Counted from the stretch's first letter, positions 1 through 21,251 are shown. The stretch: DNA of 64,000 nucleotides from the human T2T-CHM13v2.0 reference genome, Homo sapiens (GCF_009914755.1 NC_060936.1), one strand, 5' to 3'. Translations and numbers: made by a program. Notes: generated by a model not told the origin, from the letters alone.

Positions 1-91
1 AATAAAACTTGCACGGTAATGCTTGGAGCTTTTACTGAGGATAGATTCTTTTTGGAGAAGCCAAGAGGCACTGAGGTTTCTAAACTGATGG

Positions 92-691
92 TGTAGAGAA
101 AAAACAGAAACTACACACATTTCATTTGCTGATTCGCCAGGACTCCCACGGCTCAGTAGCAGGTAATACTCACTGCTAAGATTTATCACAGGAAAGGATA
201 CAGAGTAACAGGAAAAATATATGCAACTGTGGAGTCTAGAGAGGTCCAGCACAGGCTTTAATACCTTTCTTATCCAAGATCATACAGGTGTGTTCTTTTT
301 CTAGCAGTGAACTATGAGGAAATGTGTGGATTTTCTCTGCTCAGCGAAGCCCAAATAAGTCTCAGGGATCCATGTTTTTGGAAGGGTAAGGAGGTGGGGT
401 GCTAGTTAACATAGGCATATCCAGCTGTGCAACCATCCTTGGCCACCCAAAATCAGGACCCCAACAATGAAACCAGGTGTACATGATTAACCTTGGTGTT
501 TGTGCAAAGCAAACTGACAAACCAGTTCAGCATGGTCCATTGCTCCAGGTGAATATAATAAAATCATCAGTCATTAACATAAAGAACCTTCTGAGGGCCA
601 CATTCCCAGGAGTTAGTCAAGGGTCACTCATGGTTCCCTTGAAGACATAGGAGGGAGCCACCGGACTTGCTGTGTTAACTCTTTCCTCACA
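92..691 (-). mobile_element. ERVL-class LTR (MER77/MER21/MER68 family)
   Basis: Reverse complement starts TGTGAGGAAAGAGTTAACACAGCA, typical of this family; left boundary approximate. Confidence 0.55.
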
Positions 692-1054
692 ATATGTAGA
701 GCAGAACCAAATCTGGCTAGAATTTGAAAAAGGGATTTCACTGCCACAAAATCACTTATGTGGTAGAGGTTAAAGATGGCTTTGCCATCTGGAGGCCGAT
801 CACAGGTGAACTAAGAAAGCCTTCCTGTTGTGGGCCTCTGGTTGAAGGTAAGTGAGCGATATTATATCTTTTAAGTCAAAGTGTCTAATTTCATGTCACA
901 TGCAGTATTTATCTTGCAAGCGTTTAGTAAATTCTTGCTTAAAAGTTTGAGCCTCACCTCCACTATACTATAAGAAACTATAAGAAATCAAGGGTACCTT
1001 TATTCCAACAATTATATTGAGTACCTGTGTACCATTTGCTAGATACTGTTCTGA

Positions 1055-1373
<319 letters not shown>

Positions 1374-1611
1374 GTGTTGGGGATAAATTGATTAAAAGAT
1401 AGATGTCTGTTCCTATGAAGCTTATAGCTGTTGTGGTGGGGAAGTCAGAAAAAATGTGATTTGAGGAAGCAATCAACCATTGAATTGGGGCAAAGTCATA
1501 AAAGAAGGTTAGTGTCCTGCATGGAAGCCTAGAGAAAAGAAATCCAAAGAAAATAAATGTATCAATATCTCTGGACTGTTTCATTAAACATTTTGGGGGT
1601 TGCCTTCTTAG

Positions 1612-1700
1612 CTAGGGTTACCAACCATTCCCAGTTTGCCTGGGACTGTGGTTTCCAGGATGCAGGACTTTCAGTGTTAAAACAGGACAGTTGGTCCCAG
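1612..1700. mobile_element. MER81-like hAT-Blackjack MITE
   Basis: tagggttaccaaccattcccagtttgcctgggact...ggactttcagtgttaaaacaggacagttggtc. Confidence 0.65.
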
Positions 1701-2311
1701 TTTTCTAGCCTATTTCTAGTGCATGACCATTGTACCTCTCCTCTGAAAACTATTCTGCCCACCATATGGGTAGGTCCTGGCAGCTATTTGTACTGTGTTA
1801 CCCTGCCCACCAAACTACATTTGAGATTAGGGTGGAATCTTGACCCATTACTGGCCGATTTGTATTGAGAAATTGAACTGAAAACAAGAAGCTCAGAATC
1901 TAGTTGCATAGTTCTATAGTGAAATTTCACACATTTCTGTCATTGAGGTCTCTAAAACAAAGACAGTTTTTGATTTTTGGAAGCTGTTTATCTTTTAATT
2001 CTCTGAGGCATCCCAATCTTTTAAGGAGTTCTCTCCATCTGCCATTCTTGCTTAAACTAATTTAAACGGATTTTTTTGTTATCAGAAATTTGACTAAGCC
2101 AAATGTCCAGGTGTATTTCTAAATTTCTACGTCAAGACAAACAGCTCTGGTTCTTTATTTAGAAATGTTCCTAGAATATTCCTTAAGCTTAATGGAAATC
2201 TCTCTGGAATAGCTAGCTCCCTGGTTAGAGTACCGTATTTTTATATTCAGTGGACATGTCAACCCAATTTCTTTCCTTTCTCACTCCCTTCCTGCCTTCC
2301 TTCACTCCCAA

Positions 2312-2782
2312 TTTTTTTTTTTTTTTTTTTTAACAGGGTCTCACTCTGTCACCCAGGCTAGAGTGCAGTGGCATGATCACGGCTCACTGCAGCCTTGACC
2401 TCCCTGGGCTTCCAAGTGGCAGGGACTACAGGTGCACACCACCTGGCTGATTTTTGTATTTTTTTGTAGAGATGGGGTTTCACCATGTTGCCCAGGCTGA
2501 TCTTGAACTCCTGGGCTTCAGCAATCCACCCTCCTTGGCCTCCTAAAGTGCTGGGATTAGAGGCATGAGCCACCACGCCTGGCTTCACCCAGTATATTTC
2601 TAATTGTAGATAAATAAATTTGCATTCTGGTTCACTTTGGTAATTTTTTGTATTTTATTTATTTGAGACAAAGGGTTTCACTATGCTGTCCAGATTAGTC
2701 TCAAGCTCCTGGGCTCAAGTACTGCTATTGCCTAAGCCTCTGGAGTAGCTAGGACTACAGGTATGTCACCACGACCAGCTGG
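2312..2782 (-). mobile_element. AluJ (2312-2583) followed by an Alu monomer (~2645-2782)
   Basis: Poly(T) head, gcagccttgacctcc and aactcctgggct AluJ-type motifs. Confidence 0.85.
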
Positions 2783-3712
2783 TATCATTTTTTTCTAAAA
2801 AATAGCACATTTGAAAGTGTATGGATTTTGTTAGAACTCGTCTGACACATAACCCTACCCTCTTTCCAATGAGCATGTTAGTTGCATATGGTAGGTGTTC
2901 AGTTAGAGCTTGCCTATGAATACTTGAAAATTCCACAAGTCATTCTTCAATTGATTTGTTGCAAATTCTGCTGCCTTTCCTAATCCTTCTCATTTGACCA
3001 TCATTAGTAACTGCATATTAAGTTTCTTGGAGACGTTTCCTGACTTTGGAACTACCATCAGGCATACTTGACTATCCCAAGGTGTGGTCTTTTCTGTTTC
3101 AGCTCTGGTTATTTCATTTCACAAGCCTCAAGCTTTTCGGACTTATCAGTAGGCCATACCTAAACTAGCCTGTGTATCTTAGTAACCTTCCCACTTCCAC
3201 TGTTGCTCAAGTAAAACCATGCTGTTACACGCACCAGCTTGTCCATTAATTCCTCTTTTCCTGTGACTTTTTCACCAAACTGAACATATCCCAACTTCTT
3301 TCCAGGCCACTTGATTGCTCCTGGAGTTTGTGCATCATTATCACCCGAGTGGCCTTCTTAAGTAAAAAACCAGATCCTGGGCTACCCTACAGCTGGACCT
3401 TTGCAATCAGACAAACTAGGCACGTTTCAGAAAGCTGTGGTTTTAAAAGGCTCTCCAGTTGATTCTGATACATTATTGACCTATTTATTTCCATCAGCAG
3501 GGCTGAGCCTGGGCTCTTATGATGCATTTTAGCATCTTCCCCCAACTCTCCAAGACTTTCCATTCCTTCTCACTTTGGAAACTTAGAATCTCTGGGAACC
3601 TAAACTTTTTTTCCTGACCATTCATCACAAACATATGGACACCTACTAGGTGCTAGGTACTGCAGTTACAATGCAATTTGCATTAGACACTGCCTATCCC
3701 ATTACCTGAAAA

Positions 3713-3769
3713 AAACAAAACAAAACAAAACAAAAAACACTGCTACTCAGGATTAAGCATGTATTTATT
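3713..3769 (-). terminator. SLC38A2: Distal polyadenylation signal AATAAA (3769-3764) with downstream (GTTTT)n U/GU-rich element
   Basis: Plus strand tttatt at 3764-3769; the (AAAAC)n at 3713-3736 reads as a GU/U-rich downstream element on the mRNA strand. Confidence 0.85.
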
Positions 3770-6669
3770 TTAGTTCAGTTAAAACAAACATACATTGTTT
3801 CATTGAAACGGTGTAGCACTCTTTGCCAACAAGCCATACTAGAATTGTTGGCCTCTAACAGTACAGTGGGGATATTTACACTATATACACAAAGTTAATA
3901 CACCCAGGTTCTCAAAGGTCTTCCATTACACTAGATCACATTTTATTTCATTACACTAGATCACATTTTGATTACTGCATTTTGAAAATGTATTCCTTAT
4001 TTAAATTTTAAATAAGAGATCTGAATTTGTACCAAGATTTCATGAAAAAATTTGATGTTGTTTATTGCAAATACAATTTAAACAAGTTTTTTTTAGTGTT
4101 TGTACACAATTTGTCAATTTTTCAATATTCAATTTTCTGTACAGGTACTTTTGGGACAATTCTTATAGTTACATAATGTGAATTCATCAAAATGCAGTTA
4201 AGAAACTTACAGGAATATATACACTTGAACCCAAGACCCAAACCTGACATTATATACAACCTATTTACAAATACATATGGACAGACAATATATGTACATA
4301 GATTATCATAAATATTGAAAAATAGGTTAGCTTTAATGGATTAATGTTGTTCTATAAATAACATTACAGTTGTAACTGAAACATCCACGGAAGACAGTAA
4401 TGCAAAATGAGGTGACAAGACAGTGGTTTTAATACTGAAGACTGCTCATTAATGGGAATTCATTGTTCAGGAACCTCAAGGTAGACAAGATAGCTCCCAG
4501 AAAATCATCCATTGGAATTTTCCCTAGGCACTTGATTTTGAACCTTAAATAGCCAGAGGATTGGAGGAGCTTCCTCACATTAATTTGCTGTAGAGAAAAG
4601 AATTTTTTTTCCATTCCTTCCTGGTTGCCACAGTATCTTCTCCCATACAAAAAAAAAAAAAAAAGTCTGTAGAAACAACTCTTGGTATTCCCTGGCAGGT
4701 CTTAGATACAAAGTCAGCAACTCTTTCCAGGAGCTCATGCAAATTTGCCAATTCTTGGTCTCAACTAGAGGTGAGGTTCTGCATTCGAATGGAGTGCCTA
4801 AAGCCCAATTAAATGAAAGCAGTGCCGTAGAATCTGTCTTCCCACTGCCTTTCTATTTCTAGATGGCCCCCAATTATTTTATCTTCATAGAAACAGACAA
4901 AAATGGACCAACGGTTTCACCCAATGTAGCACTACAAGACGTCTTCCAGTTCCATAAGGGTCTTTAATTACACATGTATCTTGTTTGTAAATTTAGTCAC
5001 ATATAATACAAGAATGCGTAACAAAAACCATGTCTCCACATTTCTGGCCCTTGCCCCAAACAACATTTTTAGTTCAAGGGCAAACCTTACAGCCAGATGA
5101 CCAATTGACAATTCCATTATTTGCTTCCTTCAACCACTTAATGGAATTATGTATATTAGATTTTAGACATTATGCCTGATGAGCGAAGTACCACATTATT
5201 TAATAATATATTCACCATACACTGTGACGTACGATAAATGTGCTCTTAAAGCCAAGTTTCAAAGTAATTATTTTCATTTCTAACTGGGATTGAAATGGAA
5301 GGGTTGACATGCAGTTGGACCAAAATGACTACTAACACTCAGTTTGCACTGTTTTCCCTAGCTAACCATTTGTTGGATGTAAACAAGTAATTCTACGTTG
5401 TACAAGAATGAGATGACAGTCCAGTGCAAATGAGTTTTTATAAAGCTTACTGCATGAGAAACCCAGTGGCCTACGCAAAGAGAACTTATATCATATCAAA
5501 CATAGGTGTAACCTGTGGATTAGACCTCTACTGTAGACAAAACATGAACACAACTAAGCCATACATTGTCAAGTAATTCACACTTCCAGTAGGTGAGCAT
5601 TTTGAAAAAGTGTACTCTCTGGACACAATAATTTTGGCCTATTGCCATCAAATGCCCATTTTCCACTGCTGGAAGCAATGTCAAAAAAGGGCTGGCCCAA
5701 AAAAAGACCCAGAGCTGTCAATACAACACTGGAGACAGATGCAACTGAATAAACCCTGTTTTACCCAATTGCACTATTTGGTACCTCAAAATTAGTTATT
5801 TTATTTCCCACAGAAATATCTGCATTATCTTCCATTCTAATAAGTTGAAGACACAAACATTTCAGTCTGAATGAACCAAATTGTTTGGGGACAGAGAAGA
5901 AAAGTGATGAACAGAGTTCATCTGATTTGGTATAGCAATAATCAATCATCTTTTAAGTAATGGTGACGTTTAAATGGAAAAAACTATGCTCCTAATTCAT
6001 GGTACAATTTTTCATTACATCATTTTCTCTAAAAATTATTTTGGGTAAAAAAGTATTTGGCTTATTATGCCTACAAAAAGGCAAACCATTTCATTATATT
6101 AATATTCATTTTTAAATACCAATGACATTATTTTATGGAATTTATTGATAACTGCTTCTGAATAAAGTTCAAAAAAGCAATTTCTTAAAAGTAAAAGAGT
6201 GCTTCTGAGGTCTTTAAGTATTTTTGGTACAAAAAATAATAGTGTTTTTGTCAATGGTTATTCAATATTTTGCTGTAAATTAAAAAGAATTGTTTCTCAC
6301 ATCAAATGGTTCCATTAGGCACATTCAAGTAAAATCATAAAATATCCAAGTTAAACAATGACACAGCCAAGCATGTGGCTTGATAAAAGTTAAGAGTTTG
6401 TCCATTCTCTGGAATGGAATAAAATTGTCACTTCCCTTAACCCGAGACTCGTGGTTTTGTTGTTCATATCCATTTCTAACATACAGATAAGTTTCTTAAA
6501 AAAACAAAACAAAACAAAAAAGTTCACTTATTCTGCACTCAGAAGAACCAGCGAGGAATCTGCACTTCAAAAGGAAGTGAAACTGAAAACATTAGGTGAA
6601 ATTTCATAGTAGTTGAGTTTACTCAACACTGGCATCAGATGGACTGAGTTTGAGTTTGAGTGGTGCCAA
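3747..6669 (-). other. SLC38A2: SLC38A2 3' UTR (~2.9 kb)
   Basis: AT-rich stretch with no recognisable interspersed repeats between the stop codon and the distal AATAAA; exact cleavage site approximate. Confidence 0.85.
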
Positions 6670-16852
<10,183 letters not shown>

Positions 16853-17611
16853 GCTAAGCACTGGGAGGAATCGGGTGCAGCTAGTAGCGCTGGGCTCCTT
16901 TTGTCCTTGGCGGTGGGTGCAGCGGCCCGCGAGTCGGCCTGCGAAAGTAGAGGCGGCGCGTCAGGACCGCAGCGCCAGCCCGCCGCGGTCACGTGACGCC
17001 GCCCGGAGGCGCAGCGCGGCTGATTCATCCCAGGCCAGGCGAGTGGAAAAGTACCAGCCGCGCGCGAGGGGCGGGGGCGCGCCGAGGGGCGGAAAAGTAC
17101 AGACGGCGGAGCCGCGGGGAGAACAAAGATGATGCCACCGCTGTGTTGCGGCCGTCGAGGCCCCCTACTCCGGCAGATTTCAGTATTTCACCCTCTCTAT
17201 TGTCCCTCGTCGGAGTGGAGGGGGCGAGGGGGGGTTCTGTTTTGCTTTTTCCCAGTCGCTCCAAACTTGCACAGGCACTCAGGGCACACATCCAGCCCCG
17301 ACCCTGGCTCGTGTGCATGCAACCTAGGCGCACGGCTTTCCGTTTCTAGCATTTGGAACAGCAATGCTGCGTAATCTGTCCTTTACTGCCCGGAGTCCCC
17401 ACACGGAGAAATGCCTCTGCCGCAGACAGCCTTCCCCAGGAGGCGGAAAGGGCCGACACTACTCCTCTCTCGAGGGGGGCGAACGCCCGGGCCCCGGGAG
17501 CTGGGGGTTTGTTTACACACGCGCGCCAGTGCCCTCAAGCACACCCGTCCACAGGCAGCTGGCCCGCGAGTGCTACGCCCGCCCAGCCCCTCCTATGTCC
17601 GGAAAGAAAAC

Positions 17612-17640
17612 TGATGCAATATCGATCGTCGATTGTCAAA
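17612..17640 (+). promoter_or_regulatory. Amino acid response element (C/EBP-ATF composite TGATGCAAT) with adjacent CAAT-containing site in intron 1
   Basis: TGATGCAAT at 17612-17620, ~710 nt downstream of the inferred TSS, matching the known SNAT2 intron-1 AARE bound by ATF4 and C/EBP; ATTGTCAAA at 17632-17640. Confidence 0.92.
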
Positions 17641-18067
17641 TGTTCCCAACTCGTCTTCCCCAATCTTGGCCTCTCCTGTAATACATGCCCAAGCCCACCT
17701 CCGCCGCCCCCAGATTCCTGGCTCCCTGGACTTAATTTTTTTTTTTTATTAAATGCAAATCAGTCACAAGACTTGCCGCAGCAGAGCCGCTGGCCGGGCT
17801 AGCTCCCCTCCCCCTAATGGGAAGATGCGGCTCCGCACCGTGCAGGCACGCGGCCCCCGCCCAGCGCCCGCTCTCCTACCCACGTCGCGGGCGCGACACC
17901 CGCGCGGCGGGCCAGGGTGGAAGGCTGGCCAGCCCAACCGACAACGCCCGCCTCGAAAGGAAACGGACCCCGCGGCCGCCTTCCCGCGCGGCCCCTCCCG
18001 GAAGCCCCTCCCCCACTCTCGCCCGGGCCCCGCGCCCTTCCCACAGACGCCCCCCCGCACGCGTTAC

Positions 18068-18332
18068 CTCGGTGGTCTCTATTCTCACGCAGACGTCTTC
18101 AGTGGGTTTCTCTCAGTCAAATACAAATCATAAAAAACAAACAAAAAATTTCCCCAAATCCAACAACAGGCAGGAAAAATAATTTTAATAAAAAAGGAAA
18201 AGACAAATTGCCGCCCCAATCCTCCGGCGTCCGCCGTGTCAAGGGAAAGGCGCGAGCGTGCGGTAACGCGTGGTCGGGCTGCTGCTAGCAGTACTGGAAA
18301 GGCGTTCTAAGGCGGCGGCGTCGCGCGGCTGT
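18068..18332 (-). other. SLC38A2: SLC38A2 non-coding exon 1 (5' UTR)
   Basis: Donor GAG|GTAACG at 18068/18067; 5' end inferred ~25-30 nt downstream of the TATA box. Confidence 0.85.
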
Positions 18333-18339
18333 GGAGCAG

Positions 18340-18530
18340 CCCTGCGAGCGGCGGGTTATAGCGGCACCCCGGGGACGCGTCAGTGGGCGGGACCGCGGCC
18401 GCCCGGGCGCCTTCTCTTTGTGTATCAACACCACCTGGGCCCCGCCTCCGACCCGCCCAGACCTAGGCCCCGCCTCCCTGCCCCTCCCTCTGCGGCCCGC
18501 GCCCGCGGCCCAGCCCCGCCCGCAGGCGCC
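18340..18530 (-). promoter_or_regulatory. SLC38A2: SLC38A2 core promoter: TATA box, CRE half-site, Sp1/KLF GC boxes
   Basis: TATAA at 18360-18356; TGACGCGTC at 18382-18374; several GGGCGG/CCGCCC between 18385 and 18521. Confidence 0.8.
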
Positions 18531-19549
18531 CCCAAGACTCTCCCGCAAAGCCCAAGCCCACTCTCTCCAGCTTTCTAGATAGTCTGGAAAGACCCCCAGA
18601 TGCTTCCCCTGCCTATCCTTTTCAGCCAGGGTTGGTGCTCAACACATGCGGTTGTCTTTGAGGAGCCATCTCCTTAAAATTTTCTCCTGTCCGAGTCACC
18701 AGCAGTCCTTGCTTTCGGGGGACACATCAAGGCTTTTGGGGGACACCACCCTCCCACCAAACACTTTCTTGATTGTTATTTTTGTGATTTACAGTGAAGT
18801 TTTGTCTCACAAACTTGGGCCAAGGCAGCAAGGTTGTCCTGATGGTTTGTTGTTCTTTCTTTTCCACCTAGACCTGCTTTCACTCTTCAAAACTAGCCGG
18901 AGGTCGGCGAGCAGCTCCTTTTCGGGATGTGCTTTTTGTACGGCCATGGAAACTGGACTAGCGGAAAGGCTACCTTTTGGCCAGCAAGCCAGGCCCCTTA
19001 GAAAGAGGCCCCAGTGGGGAGCCCGGCGCTCCTAAGGCCGTTTGGGAGTCCCCAGTTTTCCACTCGCTGACACGTTGCTTCTCTTATCCCACCACCGCCG
19101 CCCCGGGCAAAGGCACTGCCTTGTCTGAATGCGGGTCTGAGGCGCTTTCTGCGGAGCCTGGTCCTTTCCCTTCAATGGTGATGTGTGTGGTCTTGCTGAG
19201 CCAGGCAACTAGGGGGACCCTTCGCTGTGGAAAAATTGGTGCTGCGGGAAAGGCAAGACTCACTCCCTTGCAGGAAACAAAGACCCCTTAGGAGAGAGAA
19301 ATGTTCATGGAATGAATGAATAAACAAGTTTGACCTACTGCTCTCTTCCTTTTGGGGACTTGGGAGAAATTGGGCAGGGCATAGAGGAAAGGGCTGGGTG
19401 TGATCGCAGTTTTTGCTTTCAATGTTTTACTGAGGAAATCCGTACAACTGCCTATTTCCGCCGCACGTGAGGCTTCGGGTGCCCTCGCCTGCACCAGTGT
19501 TTATGATTGACAAGCGAGGTCCCGATTTCCCCCATCACACTCCTGTGTT

Positions 19550-19625
19550 CCCTACCCCAAACCTTCTACTCTGTTCAGGCCAGTCTTCCCTACCGCAAAC
19601 CTTCTACTCTGTTCAGGCCAGTCTT
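19550..19625. repeat. 38-bp tandem duplication (2 copies, 1 mismatch)
   Basis: CCCTACC(C/G)CAAACCTTCTACTCTGTTCAGGCCAGTCTT at 19550-19587 and 19588-19625. Confidence 0.95.
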
Positions 19626-20600
19626 AAATAATAGCCATTCTTGCTTTGGTGTCCAATCTCCTCTCATCCCCTTAAATGCCGCTGTCATGCAAGGCTTAGT
19701 CTTCGAGCCACAGGAAAGCGCCCCGCATGCCTTAATCCCTCCGTACTCAGCCCTCTTTTTGCAGGTACTATTTTCTAAAACAATATGGTGACGGACTTTT
19801 AAAAATCCGTGCTGTCATGCACTCAAAATCGTTCCAGACTATTTGTAGTATCATCTGCCCAAAGATTGTGAACTCCCCAAGGGCAGGTTTGGAATTTGAC
19901 ACACAATTAGGGCTGAAAAAACTATCTTCCTTCCACATACATTCCCCAATAAAATCAATCAACTCTTCTTGTCACAACAATCTTGGTAGTGGTAGGTTAG
20001 AGAGGAGTCCCAGGAAGTTTCTTTATATTAGGTTTCAACTGATAACAATCAAAAGGTCTTAAACCACTTTTTCATTCCAGATGAATCTCTGGTCGTTTCC
20101 TCTGCCCAGTTAGAGGTGCTAAGGAGGCCCTCAGGGTTGGTAGTTATGGGTGGCAAGTGGCACTATAAGTAAATCTCATGTCTTTTGGACTTTTTGGTGG
20201 TTTGTATTGCAACACATATTTAGGAGAAGCACAATACCTGTACAGCTGAGGGCAAAGTGGAGGGCAGGGGCGGGGGGGGGAGCTGCAATATTGATCTGGT
20301 CTCTGTATGATCAGAACTTGAACAGTAAATGACAAAAAAAGAAGGGTGGAGGGGTGAAACTTCCATGTTTTTATTGCCAGTTTGATTGGTCTTTTCGAGG
20401 GCCAAACTGAGGCATGCCTGCTAACTCCATCAGACTTCCAACTGAGGCCTGATGTGCTCTGAGCAATTGCTGTTATGCTTTGGGCTTGAATGCATTGGAC
20501 ACAGTGTCCTCATTCAATTTCTGGGAAACGATATTGCCAAATACCTATTGGTCAGTGCGCTATAATTTTGTTTGATTTCTAAGCTAATGTTCTAGAAGAG

Positions 20601-21251
20601 CAGCATTTTTTAAACTTTCAGAATGGGACCAAGTGGTGGATAGTGATGAATTCAGTGGATTAGTACTAGCTTTCTATTTTCTTCAATGCAGTAGAATAGA
20701 ATAATTTTTTTTAAAAAATCAGTATGCCATATGTACTATTATTCTGTAAATCTTTTATCTTGATTATGTGTATATATATGTGTGTATATATGTATACATA
20801 TGTATACATATATGTGATTATGTGTGTCTGTATATATATGTGTGTGTGTATTATGAGTTGTGATGTAAAACAGGGGTCCCCAACCCCTGGGCAGCAGACT
20901 GGTACCAGTCTGAAGCCTGTTAGGAACTGGGCTGCACAGCAGGAGGTGAGTGGCAGTTCAGCCAGCATTTGGCCTGATCAGTGGTGGCATTAGATTCTCA
21001 TAGGGGCACGAACCCTATTGTGAACTGCACATGTGAGGGATCTAGGTTGCATACTTCTTATGAGAATCTAACTAATGCCTGACAATCTGAGGTAGGACAG
21101 TTTCATCCTGAAACCATCTCCCCCAATTTTTTTGTGGAAAAATTGTCTTCCACAAGACTGGTCCCTGGTGCCAAAAGGTTGGGGACTGCTGATGTAAAAT
21201 GTATGTCTTGCTGTGGTTTGGGGGGGGGTCAAAGAATTTTGAAAGCTACTG
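20601..21251 (-). mobile_element. Old hAT-Charlie element (Charlie4a-like) with internal (TA/TG)n microsatellite, interrupted by MER1
   Basis: Termini cagcatttttaaact ... tttgaaagctactg; microsatellite ~20766-20850. Confidence 0.5.
20871..21191 (+). mobile_element. MER1B (hAT-Charlie)
   Basis: TIRs caggggtccccaacc ... ggttggggactgctg; perfect 8-bp TSD ATGTAAAA at 20863-20870 and 21192-21199. Confidence 0.9.

Larger units (their letters stand above)
16860..18560. promoter_or_regulatory. CpG island spanning the SLC38A2 promoter, exon 1, intron 1 and the start of exon 2
   Basis: Very high GC and CpG density; weaker CpG shoulder to ~19500. Confidence 0.95.
17020..19340 (+). ncRNA. Candidate antisense lncRNA overlapping SLC38A2 exon 1 and promoter (likely SLC38A2-AS1)
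   Basis: Strong acceptor ttctttcttttccacctAG at 18870-18871 and AATAAA at 19319-19324 define a terminal exon ~18872-19340. The 5' end and the name are recalled or inferred, not shown by sequence. Confidence 0.45.
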
